A stretch of DNA of 64,000 nt from Phoronis australis (Eukaryota; Animalia; Phoronida), in assembly GCA_002633005.1 (NCBI GenBank), contig NMRA01000310.1, forward strand, positions 4,624 to 68,623, read 5' to 3'. This document shows positions 1-13,313 of this stretch, piece by piece (position 1 is the first letter of the stretch; each line of letters begins with the position of its first letter). The notes beneath the pieces are model-generated. The model made no database searches. It saw only the letters and a program-made list of their open reading frames with translations, and was not told the DNA's origin. The position numbers and the translations under genes are program-made.

Positions 1-10
1 AGGTGTAAGT
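1..10 (+). other. Possible donor site of a non-coding first exon of NELF-B
   Basis: gtaagt at 5-10. The ATG exon starts with an acceptor (ttgccag|G at 2157) only 5 nt before the ATG, so an upstream 5'UTR exon is implied. Confidence 0.35.
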
Positions 11-66
11 TGCTGCTTATTTGTGCGTGAACGTGGTGTTGATTGCCTTGTTATTGTAGACTGAAG

Positions 67-625
67 TGATATTTCCAAAGCCAGAGGTCTTACTTTACAT
101 CCTAGTTGTCCGTGGTCGAGCTCAATAGTTCTGCTTAGGTGTATGGTCTGGATATCGAATGCCGCTCTGCATCCAAACATAAATAATCTACAGTTTCTAA
201 AAATCGTAACCAAGGCACACGCGCAACGTCGGATCTCGGTTTTCCGCGACTTACGGCTCCCCGCCTGTGGAACGAAAAGCTCACCTAGATCGACTGCCGG
301 GCGTGCTTCGAAATTCAGAAAAAATAGAACTTAGAGCAACAATTTTCCAGTTCCCTCCCCAGGTTCCGCCAAAAATTGCCACTCACGACTGATCGAAAAA
401 ACTAAAATAATCTACGGGAAGGTCTGATCCCTCTCCACCTAGTCCCACCAGGTATACGAAAACAGGGTCGCTCGCGCAATCAAATTAGTTCGCTAAATAG
501 CGACTATGCCAATGTAGTGATATTTCCAAAGGTCTTACCTTACATTTTAGTTGTCCGTGGTCGAGCTCAATAGTTCTGCTTAGGTGTTTGGTCTTGATAT
601 CGAATGCCGCTCTGCATCCAAACAT
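67..625. repeat. Direct duplication of about 110 bp (67-180 and 518-625)
   Basis: gtgatatttccaaag...tagttgtccgtggtcgagctcaatagttctgcttaggtgt...gatatcgaatgccgctctgcatccaaacat occurs twice, separated by about 335 bp. Confidence 0.9.
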
Positions 626-1097
626 GTGTATCGGCCGCAGGGCCGCTTAATTAATATTCATGATGCGCCCTCATTGGCCATTACCGGCATATGGGCCAGA
701 CAGCCAACGTCAGCAGTCTCCAAGACGAACAACAGTCGTCTTCCGATACCGATAGAGGGCGTGCACGGCTGAAGGCCAGTGCAGCAGTGACACCAGTCAA
801 ATAACGTCTCACTACACTATTACTCAGCCTCAGGTCCTGGCCCTTATCATGTTCAATGCTGACATTACTGTTCAATGCCAATGCAAATGGAGTTCAACAA
901 ATAGTATTGTTTACAATCTTATTTGCCAGCAGATAGCTCTCAATTTCATGACGCTCAAAGTTAACGCATATGATCACTCCACTAACTTAACTGCTGAATA
1001 ACTTTTGTGCTGTGGTAACCAAACTAAACCAATCAAGCAGGAGTGAAGTTTTTAATTACATTAGTTTTGAATCTGGTTTTGTTAATAGTTGCATTCA

Positions 1098-1466
1098 CGG
1101 GTTCCTGATTTGAGAACCAGTTACTCCCACTGAATAACGCTTGTTGTTCAGTGGTAGTAACTGATTCTCAAATTAATGTCGTAAATGCCGAGATTGCCCG
1201 ACCTCGGGAATCAAACCTGCGACCCCGATTTAACTGGCGAGCGTGCTAACCATTCAGCTAATAGGCAATTGCCCGTTAGTGAGTGGCTAACAGAGGCTCA
1301 TATGTGATTCACCGGAAGCACTTTCACAACATTAATTTCAAATCAGGGACCCACCTGTCTGACGACACTGGTCAGATATAACAGTCCATGGTTTTGAGAA
1401 CCAGTCAATCACTGAATAACGGCCCATTATTTAGTGGATGAAACTAGTTCTCAAAATCAGGGACCG
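1098..1466. mobile_element. Palindromic MITE-like units (about 1098-1173 and 1390-1466); related copy near 22905-22960
   Basis: tttgagaaccagt...cactgaataac...gttcagtgg...actgattctcaaa hairpins, repeated. Confidence 0.55.
1190..1280 (-). mobile_element. tRNA-derived SINE head
   Basis: Reverse complement reads tagctgaatggttagcacg (A-box-like) ... ggtttgattcccg (B-box-like); no intact cloverleaf. Confidence 0.55.
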
Positions 1467-2161
1467 CTTTATCTGACCAGTGCCCTATCTGACTAGTACC
1501 AAGAAGATTTTATTTCGCGTTTTTTGTATATCCACTTCGATCCGAAGCTGTTATTCTCGAGACCTCTATTAACTCATCATTGCATAACTCATCATTGCAT
1601 AACTCATCACTTTTTATTTGTCGCGTTTTCTTGGTCTCAATTTCATGCTCATTCATTGACGTGTATAAAGTAACAGTTTAGTCATTGTTAAGTCATCGTT
1701 TCCCTTAACTCGTCGCTCAAAAGTGAATTCTGCCCTCTCAGTTGCATGCATTTTTATGCTTAAGTTGTCACCATTCACCAGTCGATTTGTATTGTCATGT
1801 GTATTTGCGGCAAGTGTGATTGTGGCAGCTTGAATAACAACAGATTTTACAAAGGGCTGTCAATCAATATCGGATTCACTCCTATTAAAGAGAATTTTAA
1901 AGGTTCAACTCTTCTTAACACAATAGCTAACATCATCATGCATGCAAATCGTCACTTAGCATTTCAGTTACTGATAATGAAGTACTTAAATTTACTAACC
2001 AAGTACAGCTACTTCTGGCAATTGTTGTGATTTGTGTGTAAGATTGTGAAAAAAAAACCCAGTGGATTGAAGAGTTGGGAGTTTCAGGACCACTGTAAGG
2101 GATTAGTTCCTAATAGAATATCCCCTTAAATGTGGCTGTGTCTTGTATGTTGCCAGGTGCC

Positions 2162-5100
2162 ATGTCTGGTCTAGAAGAGATAGGAATTCCGGGCTCTGAG
2201 TACCTGCGCGAGGCACTCACCAACTGCTCTGACCCCATTACAGCCATAGAGGAGTTCCAAGAACACAATGGCATATTGTTGCCATCACTACGACCTGCGC
2301 TGCCCTTTCTTGACCTCCACGGCGTCGACAGGTTGGAGTTCCACCAGTCAGTGGTAGAGGAGCTGAGAGAGAGGTATGCAGGGAGAGTAATTAGTGGTGA
2401 TGACATGGGAGGGGGAATAGGGGCAGGGAGTGGGTAGGGTACAGGGGGAAGAGGGTAGGTTACAGGGAAAGATGGGTAGAGGAGTTTGGGTGAGTGTAAC
2501 TGGAAGAGGGAAGGAATGGAGGAGGTGTGGGGGGACAGGGAGAGGTCGAGCTTGGGAATGGTAGCTGGAGAGATGTGTAGACAATTTTGTTGTACAGTAT
2601 GTTACCTAAACATATGGTCAACTGAACACTGGTATCTAATATAATAGCTGCTCAAAGCTTGCAAATTGCTTTGATTGTATTACCAATATTTTTGTATTTT
2701 TTCTACGTCTGGAAATATATTTTATTTGCATTATGACCGCATTAAATGTTGGTGCCAGTTAAAAATCAATTACGAAAATTGTCAAAGACTTTACTCTCAA
2801 GTGGTATTAGTGAGAACATCATCTCATATATCCTTGACCTTCCCGCGAAATAAACCCACTGTTGACGTAAGTGGTCCAGTAGAGTAAGAAGTGCTGACAC
2901 AGCTTGCAGGTGAATACAGCAGACTGCAAGCAAGCACAGGGTTAATAATAGTAGTGAAAGAAATTCTGACTCTATGTGCAAATTACATATTGGATGGCTA
3001 CAATCCAAAACATTGAAATAACTGTAGTGAAGGAAATGCTGACACTGTTTACATGTTAATATAGCAGATTGCAATCCATTACAGCATTAATATCAATAAT
3101 GAAGAAAGTGCTGATAATGTTTGCAGGTTAATACAGCAGATTGCAAACCAGTCCAGCAGTAGCAGCAAGGAGAAGCATCACAAGCTGAAAGACTTACTGG
3201 ACAAAAGCTTTTGTTTGGTGAAGAACAAACTGCTTCAGCCAGTTGTCATGACGATATTGAAACACATGACACGTATTCCTGACAACTATTTACAGCAGGT
3301 GAGAAACCCAGTCACAAGTTTTACCACTTTGAAAACATGCCGTAAATGTTATTGTCTATTCCTATTCCTGTTTTGCCAAAAATGTTCAAAATTTTGTTGT
3401 GAGTTGGTGATAGTCGTATAAAGTTTTTTATATAAGTAATTTTGTTTTCTTGTTAACTTTCATTGAAAATTTTGATAAAATGTGAGTTCGTTGTTCTGCC
3501 ATATTATGTTCTAATTTGAAGAAACTTTACAATAACCCCATCTTTGTCAGCACATTGATGATCAAATCACTCACGTATTCCCTTTTACCATTTAGATTCT
3601 CAAAGACAAGGAACTCTACAAGGAATGCTCAACAGAGGTCAAACGACAGATCTGGCAGGAGAACCAGTCTTTGTTTGGCGACGAAGTCTCACCACTTCTC
3701 ACCCAGTATATAAACACTAAGCAGAACTTACTGTTCACACCTGTCACCGACAGCGGCACGTTCTTCACGCCCTCGCCCAAGACACGTCGCCAGTCGGAGG
3801 TCGTGCAAACTCTGACCGACATGATTGGCAGGAATGTACTACTGTACGACATGGTGCTACAGTTCTTAAGAACGTTGTTCTTACGGACGCGTAACGTACA
3901 CTATTGTACATTGAGGGTGGAGGTACTGATGAGCCTGCATGACCTGGAGGTTAGTAGGTCGCATTAAAGGTACATGTACTGATAGTTAGGTCAAATCAAG
4001 ATGTTGAACTAAAGCTACGTATGCCAGTAATCAGATCAAATTAAAATCAAATAGGAGTACGGTAAAGTTTTACGCATTTCAGATAAAAATAATAAATTGC
4101 CAAAACTGACCGTTTCAATTTTTCAATTGGGCTTCTAACTTTGTTGGGAATGACCTCAATATCAGATCCATTTGTCTGATGGTAGCTATGAATTATGGGA
4201 AACCATTAATTTGGTGCTAATTCCGTTAACAGTAAAAATGAATGGTAATTGTTATTAATGCTTTAACATTCTAATTACAGAGTGACTTCGCCACCTTACT
4301 AACTTTCCTGTTAATTTCCCTTCACACTCAGTCATGGGGAAGGCTACTGTGATGATGAATTTGGCTTCCACCCAGGGGTCATGACTGGGAATTCTGGGTC
4401 ATTTTCTATGTCAACTTTTGGCTTGTACTATATGTTGAATTTTTGTTCGCAGGTTCATGAGATTTGTAACGTGGACCCATGCCATAAGTTTACCTGGTGC
4501 CTTGATGCCTGTATTCGTGAGCGCTTCGTCGATACCAAGCGTTCTCGTGAGCTGCAAGGATTCCTGGACGGAATCAAACGAGGCCAAGAGCAGGTTTTGG
4601 GGTGAGTGGCTGTTTACACATATCGTAAGTTGTTTTGTTTGAAACAATGAGATTCACAATATTCTGAAGTGACATGGTATCACCTTGGTTGCTCAAAAGG
4701 TCGGGGCATAGTCTTTACTCGTAATCAAACTTGAAATTATTTTTAACATTTTCTGTTCTACGTTTGTATGTACTCAAGATAAGTGTCTGTTGTTCTGTGA
4801 TCGAGTATGTAGTGCTTTATGTGGATCAGTGTATACTCCTATTCTGACTTGATGACCCCAGCATTAAAGCCATAAGGTCAAGTTGAAATTTGGAGTTTTT
4901 ACTCAAAATCTTGAGTTTTTTTCTCGAAATCTTGAGTTTTTACTCAAGTTTTAGCTCGAATCTTGTGGTCATGAAGTGGGACTTTGGACTACACAGTGGT
5001 CTGCATAGTCCACTTTGCATATACATAACTTTATATATTTTCACTCATCTATGGCCCGCGTACATCACTGGTAAGTGTAACGCATGGCAATTGAACTTTT

Positions 5101-8100
5101 TTACGGATAATGTAAAATGTCATACACAAAGCATTGTGGGATATCTGATGTCTGAAGGAACATTTCCTGCTGCTAGAAGTTTGGTTAGGCAGTAGTAAGT
5201 GGGTAGTATCTATCCAAAGTCAACGGCCAGCTTACTGAGCAGAGGATCGTCTATGTCGCATGTTCTTGATCCTGGATTCTAGATTGGATGACACGTATCC
5301 CACAAATCTTTGCTCTGGATATTCACACTTCTGTTTTCGCTGTCACTAAAAACGTCAGTGTCCATATCAAAACCCAACTCGTAAGATACTGAATACATCC
5401 CTAGGAAAAACGTCACGGTGACATTTTCGCATCAAAGAGCATTGTCAGTTATGTTACATTCTCTTTGATTTTTTTTACGGATAATGTAAAATGTCTTATA
5501 CACAAAGGATTGTGGGATATCTGATGTCTGAAGGAGCATTTCCTGCTGCTAGGTGTTTTGTTAGGCAGTAGGAGTGGGTAAAGCATCACGGAGACGTTCA
5601 CACGTCAAATAGCATTCTTGTCACTTTATATGTTACATTCCTTCTTTTCTAGTGACCTTGCCATGATCTTGTGTGATCCCTATGCTGTGTACACTGTTGC
5701 CATGACAGCGCTGAAAGCACTACAGCACTGTATTAACACTGAAGTACTCTCCAGGGTAAGGAGATCTGGGGTGTGCTTCGTGAAGGTGACGTAAGACTTA
5801 AGACAGAAATTTGGTCTAACGCTCCCATTTTATAATTCTTGAATAAAGGTTTAGCCAAGTAATTAATGAGTGTACCATAGTCTAGAAATTGTCTCAGATT
5901 TGTGTATGTTCTCAGAGACTTTGCACTTTTGCTAAAGTGGGATTTAATTATTTTTCAGAACGAGTTGTGTGGAGCGTAAGACCAAATTTCTGTCTTGAGT
6001 CCTAAGTCACTTTCATGAAACGGACCCCTGGGAGTCCCTACTACTCCCCCATTTTGGCTGATACGAGTTCACAACTGGCTGATTACGAATGGTCATCCTA
6101 CCAATCAGGTCATCATTCATAGCATGATTCATGGAAACTTCTTTTAGTGACTCATAATTATTCATAAAATAATTGCAGGAAGTCCAGTACATGTATGTGC
6201 CCTGGCCGCGTATGGAGACCCATTGCAATGATCATCTGAAACCATTTTTATGCTTTATTAATAGATGGTTAAAATCGAGCTGGGGAGCTAGAGATCCGAC
6301 TCGAGGGTCCAGCAGGGTGCTCCAGTGGGGTGCTCCAGCAGGGTGCTCCAGCAGGGTGCTCCAGCGAGGTGCTCCAGCAGGGTGCTCCAGCGAGGTGCTC
6401 CAGCAGGGTGCTCCAGCGGGGTGCTCCAGCAGGGTGCTCCAGCGGGGTGCTCCAGCGGGGTGCTCCAGCGGGGTGCTCCAGCGGGGTGCTCCAGCGGGGA
6501 CTCAAACCCACATCCTTGAGGAAGCAGACACTTATCCGACTAGGCATCCTCTCACGTATCATGGCTCAATCATTAGAAATCATATAAACAATCATTATTG
6601 ATGATAAAATTTGCATAAAAATTACATCATCTGTTGGTGTCAATTCTTATCAACCATTTATATCATATTTTCCCATTCACATGGTGCTCAGAGAAATGGT
6701 CAATTCGAAATTTCATTTAAAAATTTGTTATGATGAATTATGATCAACTAAAATTGCCTGTGCACAAACGTCTGCTAGTCAGAAGTGCAGTTCATGAGAC
6801 TGCTTTCCCAGTGGGTAAATCAACAGTTAGTGATCAAGTCAAAAATGTGATATTCAAAGTTGATCAACCAATTTGTGATCAAGTCAATAATGTCAGATTC
6901 AAAGTTGACCAAACAAAGTTTGTTATGGTGCATCAAGCAGCACTTTGTATTTATCAGTCGGGCTGTTAACTGAAAGTCTTTGAGGTCAAAAGTTCGTAGT
7001 TCAAACCCTTGTGATTTGTAGGAGAGTCAGGAGCTACTCCTTATGTTGCGCATGCTGACACTTGGCGCCACCGCGTGGCATATGTTGGACAGTCAAACAT
7101 TCAAGGAAAAGAAGATTGTGAGTTGTAGTAGCTTGAGATGCACTCTTATGATGCAGAAAACACGTGAGATGCTTGCAAAGAGAAATCTTTGCTTAACGAG
7201 TGAAAACTGTAAATTTTCCCACAATTCAATATTACATCCTCACCAACCACCAATCATTTCACAGCCAACAGTTATGCTAATGTGCACTTTCTAGTAAGAT
7301 CTCAAAGTTATTCGCAAAACGCTCACCTTTCAGTTATGGGATTTTGAAAGGTCTTTCATGATTTCACTTTTCTTGCAAGAAGATTTACTCTGCAAACGCA
7401 CCCCTGGCCATTTGTGCCGTAAGTTTCGTTCATTCTTACTTTGCCCGAGTCTGCAGAGTACTACTTGGAAAGGTATTGCACGTAACTGTGTTCTACACTT
7501 TTTATCAGTAGTTCAACATTTTGCTGTGGAAATAAATTTCTTGTAAATTTTCAGGTGAGGTATGTAATTAGCAAAGGACCATTGATTGATTTTTGACATT
7601 GCGGCCACATAACAGCTATTTCTTGCAAAAGGAATTTCCAAAATTATCTTTTTTCAAAGTTTCAAAGGTTTTTTACCTTCTGTCAAGTAGAACTTGACGA
7701 TGGTTGCATATCAAACATATTATGTATTGAATTGGTGAAGAATTATAATTATAATTACGATTTGTGTCTGCACCTCTCTGGGAGACATTTGTCCTTTCAA
7801 ATGTTAATCCTGTGTTGCCGTTGATGACAGGACGTCCAGTTGATGATCAAGTTTGTGCCCAGTCTCATGACTATGATGGTGGATGACCAGATACATGTGG
7901 TCCAGTCCAAGCTCCCCGACGAGCGTCCGGCCAGCGTCAAATCAGCACCTTACTTCTACCTGTCCTATGTAGGAGAGAGTCCCCTGGCTGGTATTCTTTC
8001 GATTTACTACACTCTTCAAGGTACGCAACTGTGCTCACTGAATCTCTGCTTACTAGCAGTTTTGGCTTAAAGTGAAGTTGCACGCTAATTCCTTATCTCT

Positions 8101-11100
8101 GTGATTGCTTGGCCAAATTAGTTAGAAACACAACATATAGCAATGATGTGAATATTAAGTTAGGTTGAAAATTTCCAAATGTTTTTAAGAATGAGTTTTG
8201 CGTCATTTGCAGATTTTTTTGATTCACATTTACAAGTTGGCATTGAATGCAGCTAAGTTTTACTACACAAAGAATATTTCTATCACATAAGTCTGTTTGT
8301 AGAGCGATACGTATGTCATCTGGAAAGTTTTCTTCTTCTTGTCATGGGTCATTCCAAGCCCTGACATGCCTGCAAGAAAGTCATTTTTGATTTTACAACA
8401 GCTTATTATTAGTTAAAATTGCTATTGGCAACATTGACTGTAGAGATATTTATGATATTCAACTGTGTTCTTTAATGAAATTTCACTGTTATGGTATGAG
8501 TACTGGTGTTTCAGTATGTCGTCAAAAGGACCGCCTCGCTGTGATGAGGGCGCTACCAGTGCTGCCTCACTGTGACAATGAGCGGTCGTTCGAAGACACT
8601 ACACTTCACCTTTTGGTGTCGGCCCTCGTCACAATGGCGGAGGACTTTGCACATGAAGACTTCTGTAGTGTCGTCTTTGACGAGTTCTTTTTGGTAAGTT
8701 TAAATTAAATATTTTGTATATTTAAGCCATTCATGTAAAAGTTTAAAATAATTGAAAATTTTTTTCGTAAAAATGATGAGATCTAGATGACAGTAATTAT
8801 GCTATAATTATAATTATTGTTAAATATTTCATTAATACTGAGAAATACAGTGGGCTGGAAGCCTGTTATATGAAATAAATCTATAATTAATGATTTTCAA
8901 GAAGAAAGATAATATTCTCATCATCAGTGAAGTTTTGTTGCCGCAACCTCTAAAGTGGTGTACCTCACTGAAACAACAATTGCATCTCATTAAGGAGGAA
9001 TATGTGAAAATGCGGTAGTGGGTTGTGCTTTATTGAACAAACTATTGCTTTTTTGTTTACAAACTTCAAATAATGCTTCGATAATTGATCAGAAATTATT
9101 GAATTTTCATATTATAAATTAGTTGTAGTCTGATGAAACATTCCACCATGTGCATTACGTCCCATCTCCTTGTAATGGAATTCTGCATATTTCAACATAA
9201 ATTGAATGGTCTGGAATTCACTTTATCTGCAGCCCTCCATGTCTCGAGAGTCTGTCGTGCGACACTTGCTCCGCCTACTGTGGGTAGTACATCCTCACCT
9301 GACAGCTGAGAGGCGGGCCCAAGTGATGAAGGCTGTCACGCCCACAAGCCAGGTAAGTGTCTGCAGCATCTGTGGTCTGTAAGAGCAAGCACTCTAGTTT
9401 GACAGTGATTGACACTCGCGTATTATTCAATCATTAGTCAATGCCCAGAATGTCACAGCTGTTATTGCGATGACTATTATGGTCAACTCAGACAACTTTG
9501 GTAAGGTTTGTACTGTGCCAATCTTTTCTTCTCGGAAGAAACTTAAAATTCTAACGGCCATCTTCACTTCGAGACTGCGTGAGATGCCCAGATCTGACGA
9601 GTCATGGATGTGTTGATTCTATTACACACGTCAGTAGTTTAATTTGTGATTGTGGAAAGGCTGTATGTTTGCTTGTATTCACTACTTGCACACTTGGTGG
9701 CGCTGCTGTTGTTTAGGACACAATACCTCGTCCTAGCATCAATTTAACAAAGCAAACGTGAAAGCTTGCATGTTCCAAACATGCACAACCATTGTAGTTT
9801 GTGATTGTGGAATGGCTGTATGTTTGCTTGTATTCACTACTTGCACACTTGGTGGCGCTGCTGTAGTTTGGACACAGCACCTCGTTTTCAAGCATAATGA
9901 CAAATTCGGATAAGTAGTGAAAAGGGTAGAATTAATATGTGTGAAATGAAAGTGTTCGAGGTAATAAAACCTGATTCTATAGCATTCAACAAGACAATAA
10001 CACTAACACTGATCAAATGTGATACATGGATATTACTTGTTGGTGCAAGTGAATGTCCTAGCAAATTGTAGTGGACAGATAAAGTTAATACTATTTTAAT
10101 AAGAATTATTTTAGTTAAATGTTTTTAGCAAGAGTAACCTTTCTATCAGTGCTATGGGTAACGTTGAATGCTCTCCCCAGTTTGTCATGGGGGTACTCAA
10201 CACAGTTAGGCCACATTCACCCCTCCCCTTTGACGCACTCATGATGAGACTTTCTACCTGACAAGGGACAATTAGTGCAATGTTATAGTTTGCAGCGAAT
10301 GTAGTATTGAACACAGGGCCCCAAAAGTGTGAGAATATTTTCCAAATCACAGCATAATACTGTCCTCAGTTGTCCGTCTACTTAGAGGTATTCATGGGAA
10401 ACTTAATATGTACAGTAATTCTTCGCTTATCCAAGACACAATGTGGATGACAAGCGAAGCTCTGTTTTGTCAAATTTCTTCACAAGAGTTAGGAAAAGAA
10501 CATTTTAGTCTGTTACCAGCATGGTTTGTAGTGTGTAGATGTCATAAAACAACGTTTGGTAATTAAACGTTTCCAGTATTTACAGTAAGGCAATTATTAC
10601 CTTAAAAATGGAAAAACAACCATTTTGGCAATTATTGTTTGCGTGAAATAACTGGAGAAATACATAATGGAACTATCGATTTTGAGTGAAGGCTTAAGTG
10701 ACCAATCAGAACGCAGCATTCTTGACACACCTTCGTTTCCAAGCCACCATTTTAGCCGACAAACAGCACGTTTTCAAGTAAAACTTATTGTTTGTTTGTC
10801 GACTTTTCACGAGGCGCAGAGCTTGCATTAGGTCAATTGTGGCACATGTGTAATAGGTTGGGGCTGCATTCAGGAGACGGGGAAAAACTCAGGAAAATGC
10901 AAGATGGCGCTACTCTTCATGAGACGTCTTCATTCATTCTATGCGAATCATGTGATCAAATTAGGTTTTCTCTTCTGAGTGTCTTGCGTCTACAAAATGG
11001 TGCCGAGGTCATGATGTTTTTTATGTTGTTTCAGTTTAGTGAGGTCGTGCACAAACTGTACAATGCACTCAGTGAAAAGATAGAGAGTCAGGAATGGAGA

Positions 11101-11163
11101 CAGGAGGAGCCTGTTGAATCATTAGAGTCACCGTTGATCAGTGTACCAACGCCAGCTAGATGA
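2162..11163 (+). CDS. NELFB: Negative elongation factor B (NELF-B / COBRA1), complete spliced CDS, about 567 aa
   Basis: Coding exons with GT-AG ends and compatible phases: 2162-2373, 3127-3298, 3596-3949, 4453-4601, 5653-5755, 7022-7117, 7831-8020, 8515-8693, 9233-9352, 11035-11163 (1704 nt). Recognisable NELF-B motifs: GLEEIGIPGSEYLREALTNCSDP..AIEEFQEHNGILLPSLRPALPFLDLHGV; LFGDEVSPLL; LYDMVLQFLRTLFLRTRNVHYCTLRVEVLMSLHDLE; DPCHKFTWCLDACIRE; GDLAMILCDPYA. Confidence 0.95.
2885..3170 (+). repeat. Degenerate tandem repeat of about 72 bp (about 4 copies) ending in the NELF-B acceptor at 3127
   Basis: aagtgctgacacagcttgcaggtgaatacagcagactgcaa (about 2889) vs aaatgctgacactgtttacatgttaatatagcagattgcaa (about 3034) vs aagtgctgataatgtttgcaggttaatacagcagattgcaa (about 3106). 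Confidence 0.75.
5096..5580. repeat. Intronic direct duplication of about 110 bp (5096-5205 and 5470-5580)
   Basis: ttttttacggataatgtaaaatgtc...ttgtgggatatctgatgtctgaagga.catttcctgctgctag occurs twice. Confidence 0.9.
5769..6027. mobile_element. PIF/Harbinger-like MITE; degenerate relatives near 20028-20333 and 44480-44732
   Basis: Imperfect TIRs gggtgtgcttcgtgaag..gacagaaatttggtct / agaccaaatttctgtc..ttcatgaaacggaccc, with CTG on both sides (3-bp TSD). Confidence 0.65.
6308..6499. repeat. GC-rich 13-bp minisatellite, (CAGGGTGCTCCAG)n, about 15 copies
   Basis: Directly visible; source of the spurious repetitive ORFs at 6173-6601. Confidence 0.95.
9640..9895. repeat. Intronic direct duplication of about 95 bp
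   Basis: tttgtgattgtggaa.ggctgtatgtttgcttgtattcactacttgcacacttggtggcgctgctgt at about 9643 and 9798. Confidence 0.9.
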
Positions 11164-11293
11164 CAACGGGGACAGTTGTCATTTCTACAGGTTTCTGTTG
11201 TCGTTAGAGCCACGTTGATCAGTATACCATTGTTCGACAGTTGTCATGCCTAAAGGGTAACTGCTATCATTTGAGTTATTGTTGATAACTAGT

Positions 11294-11499
11294 CAGGGCT
11301 TGGAATGACCAATGACAAAAAGGAGAAAAAATTTCCAGATGATGTATTGTTCTACATAGGCCTGTGTGATAGAAATATTTTTTGATTGTAAAATTTAACT
11401 GAAATGAGCATTTTTACTGGAATAAAGTCAAAATAATGATAAAAAAGAGACAAAAAAGAGGACACTAGAAATAAAATAGGAGGAAAATTCCAAGCCCTG
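11294..11499. mobile_element. MITE with CAGGGCTTGGAAT terminal inverted repeats, copy 1 (NELF-B 3'UTR)
   Basis: cagggcttggaat ... attccaagccctg, with an A-rich interior shared with the copies at 22344 and 32492. Confidence 0.85.
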
Positions 11500-12437
11500 C
11501 TTGATCAGCGTAAACGGAGTTTTGTCATGCATCGCTTGTCGATGTTGATCAGAGACTGTGGGTGACTTAGTGTTCACTAACTAGCCTAGGTGGCGCTAAT
11601 GAATACATGACATCTGAATAGATTGAAAGTGGAAAGCAAATCACCAGCATGGGGACATTGGTGTGATGAGGGATCCATGTGATTACCTGAATACAGGCAT
11701 GTCCAGTAAAAGGTCCCTAGCTACATTAGCGACACCTGGTGGATATCCAGTTTCTCATTGTCACTGATGTTTAAAATTTGTCAAGTCATTGGTTATTGTT
11801 GAGCAGTATATCAATGCTGGCTTGACATGTGATGTAGCAAGTCGTTGCACCAGATATCTGTGACATATTGAATCGATGTAGAAGCAGAGATCAATTGGGT
11901 GATGTGTAGATGGGTTGTTATCATGCAGTTGTGGACACAGACACATCCAAGCAGAGCCTAGTATCTAAATTTCTTCCCATAATGGACAGTGCAAGTAGAA
12001 ACACGACTTTGTGGTACCGGGATTGTGTATTGTTGCACTACGCAGTTAACACAAGTTCTTCTTCATTGAACTTTATTATTTTGTAACGAGAAGTTGTAGT
12101 TTTTGTGTAAATGCCTTCTTTTTTAAATTATGTTTTCATGTAACTTTGTACTGTATGCTTTAGAAAACACATTTTCTCACTACTCACTCTGAACTAACTC
12201 TTGTAAATTCCCAGTTCTAGATTCATTCCCACGATTTGAGCCATGTATGCTGGTCAAGTGTACGATCAATGAAGCAGCTTTTGGTTGTCCTTGCATCAGT
12301 TGTAAAGTGTCGGTGGTCTGTGACATAGTCTACTACTGTCTTAAAGAAATACTTTAATTCTTATAATTGTTTGATAAGATTTATTTTCTGTCATTTGATC
12401 TGTTTTAAGATTCCTTTGTAAAATACAATAACAATTA

Positions 12438-12443
12438 AATAAA
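12438..12443 (+). terminator. Probable polyadenylation signal of NELF-B
   Basis: AATAAA after an AT-rich 3'UTR, followed by a GT/T-rich downstream element (tcagtgtctttgtttttg). Confidence 0.5.
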
Positions 12444-13307
12444 CTAAGCTTCAGTGTCTTTGTTTTTGCAAACAATTTTTGATGTCACTTACTATCCTGC
12501 CTGAAATGAACTTGGGTTGCAATAGGCCTGGAGTTGCTATCTTGCTGCTTTAGTAGCTGAAAAGCCCCTCCCCCCCNATCTACATATTCTGGGCTCTGCT
12601 ATTCAGTTTCTCTTGGGTAACAAACAATTCTCAGCCTGGACCATAGACCCTTTGTTAAACAGTGTATAGTTAAAAAATCCTAACTTGGACAGTTACATGT
12701 AGTAAGGTTCACAGACTACTTTTACTAACCTTGAATGTCAATTTCAAACTGCCGATTTTGTGTGAATGACACCCAGAATTTACAACCATCCCCAGAATTC
12801 TAAGCCACCATGCTGACTAGTTACCCCCTCTATGGGCCAAAATGCAGAAGGCTAGTCTGAAGCAGTAGTAACCCGTCAGTTCTTCTCAAGCCGACTATTA
12901 AAAGGGATGCCAAACCCTTTTTTGACCTATTAACAGAATATTGGAAACGATATTCCCATCCAATTCCCCAAAACAAACTAATGCTCTATAACCCTCGACA
13001 ACCCTCAAAAGTCTGGAGGAAAATTTGAAAACTTTCGAAGTCTGCTAAACGGGCAAGTGTGACTTGCGTTTTTAGAGAATTACAAGGCAACTGTGAAGAC
13101 CACCCACCAAGAACCATAATACCCAATTTGTGACGGGGAGTTTTCAGTCGATTCCTGATTTTATCTCTCAATATGGGCCCCAAAGATGCATTAGCAGGTG
13201 ACAGAACGAGGAATGGATGAAATCATCAAAACGATTAGTATCCTTTTAACAGTACGTGGCCCAAGTAAAATTTAACAGAAGGCATTCATTAAAATGTTGA
13301 AGAAAAC

Positions 13308-13313
13308 TTTAAT
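13308..13313 (-). terminator. Candidate polyadenylation signal (ATTAAA) of Cav2
   Basis: tttaat on + strand at the end of a long AT-rich region 3' of the Cav2 stop. An AATAAA candidate also lies near 13619-13624. Confidence 0.3.

Noticed and set aside
6173-6601. Repetitive ORFs (QRGAPAGCSSGVL) on both strands
   Set aside because: Translations of a 13-bp minisatellite inside a NELF-B intron. No unique spacers, so not a CRISPR array.
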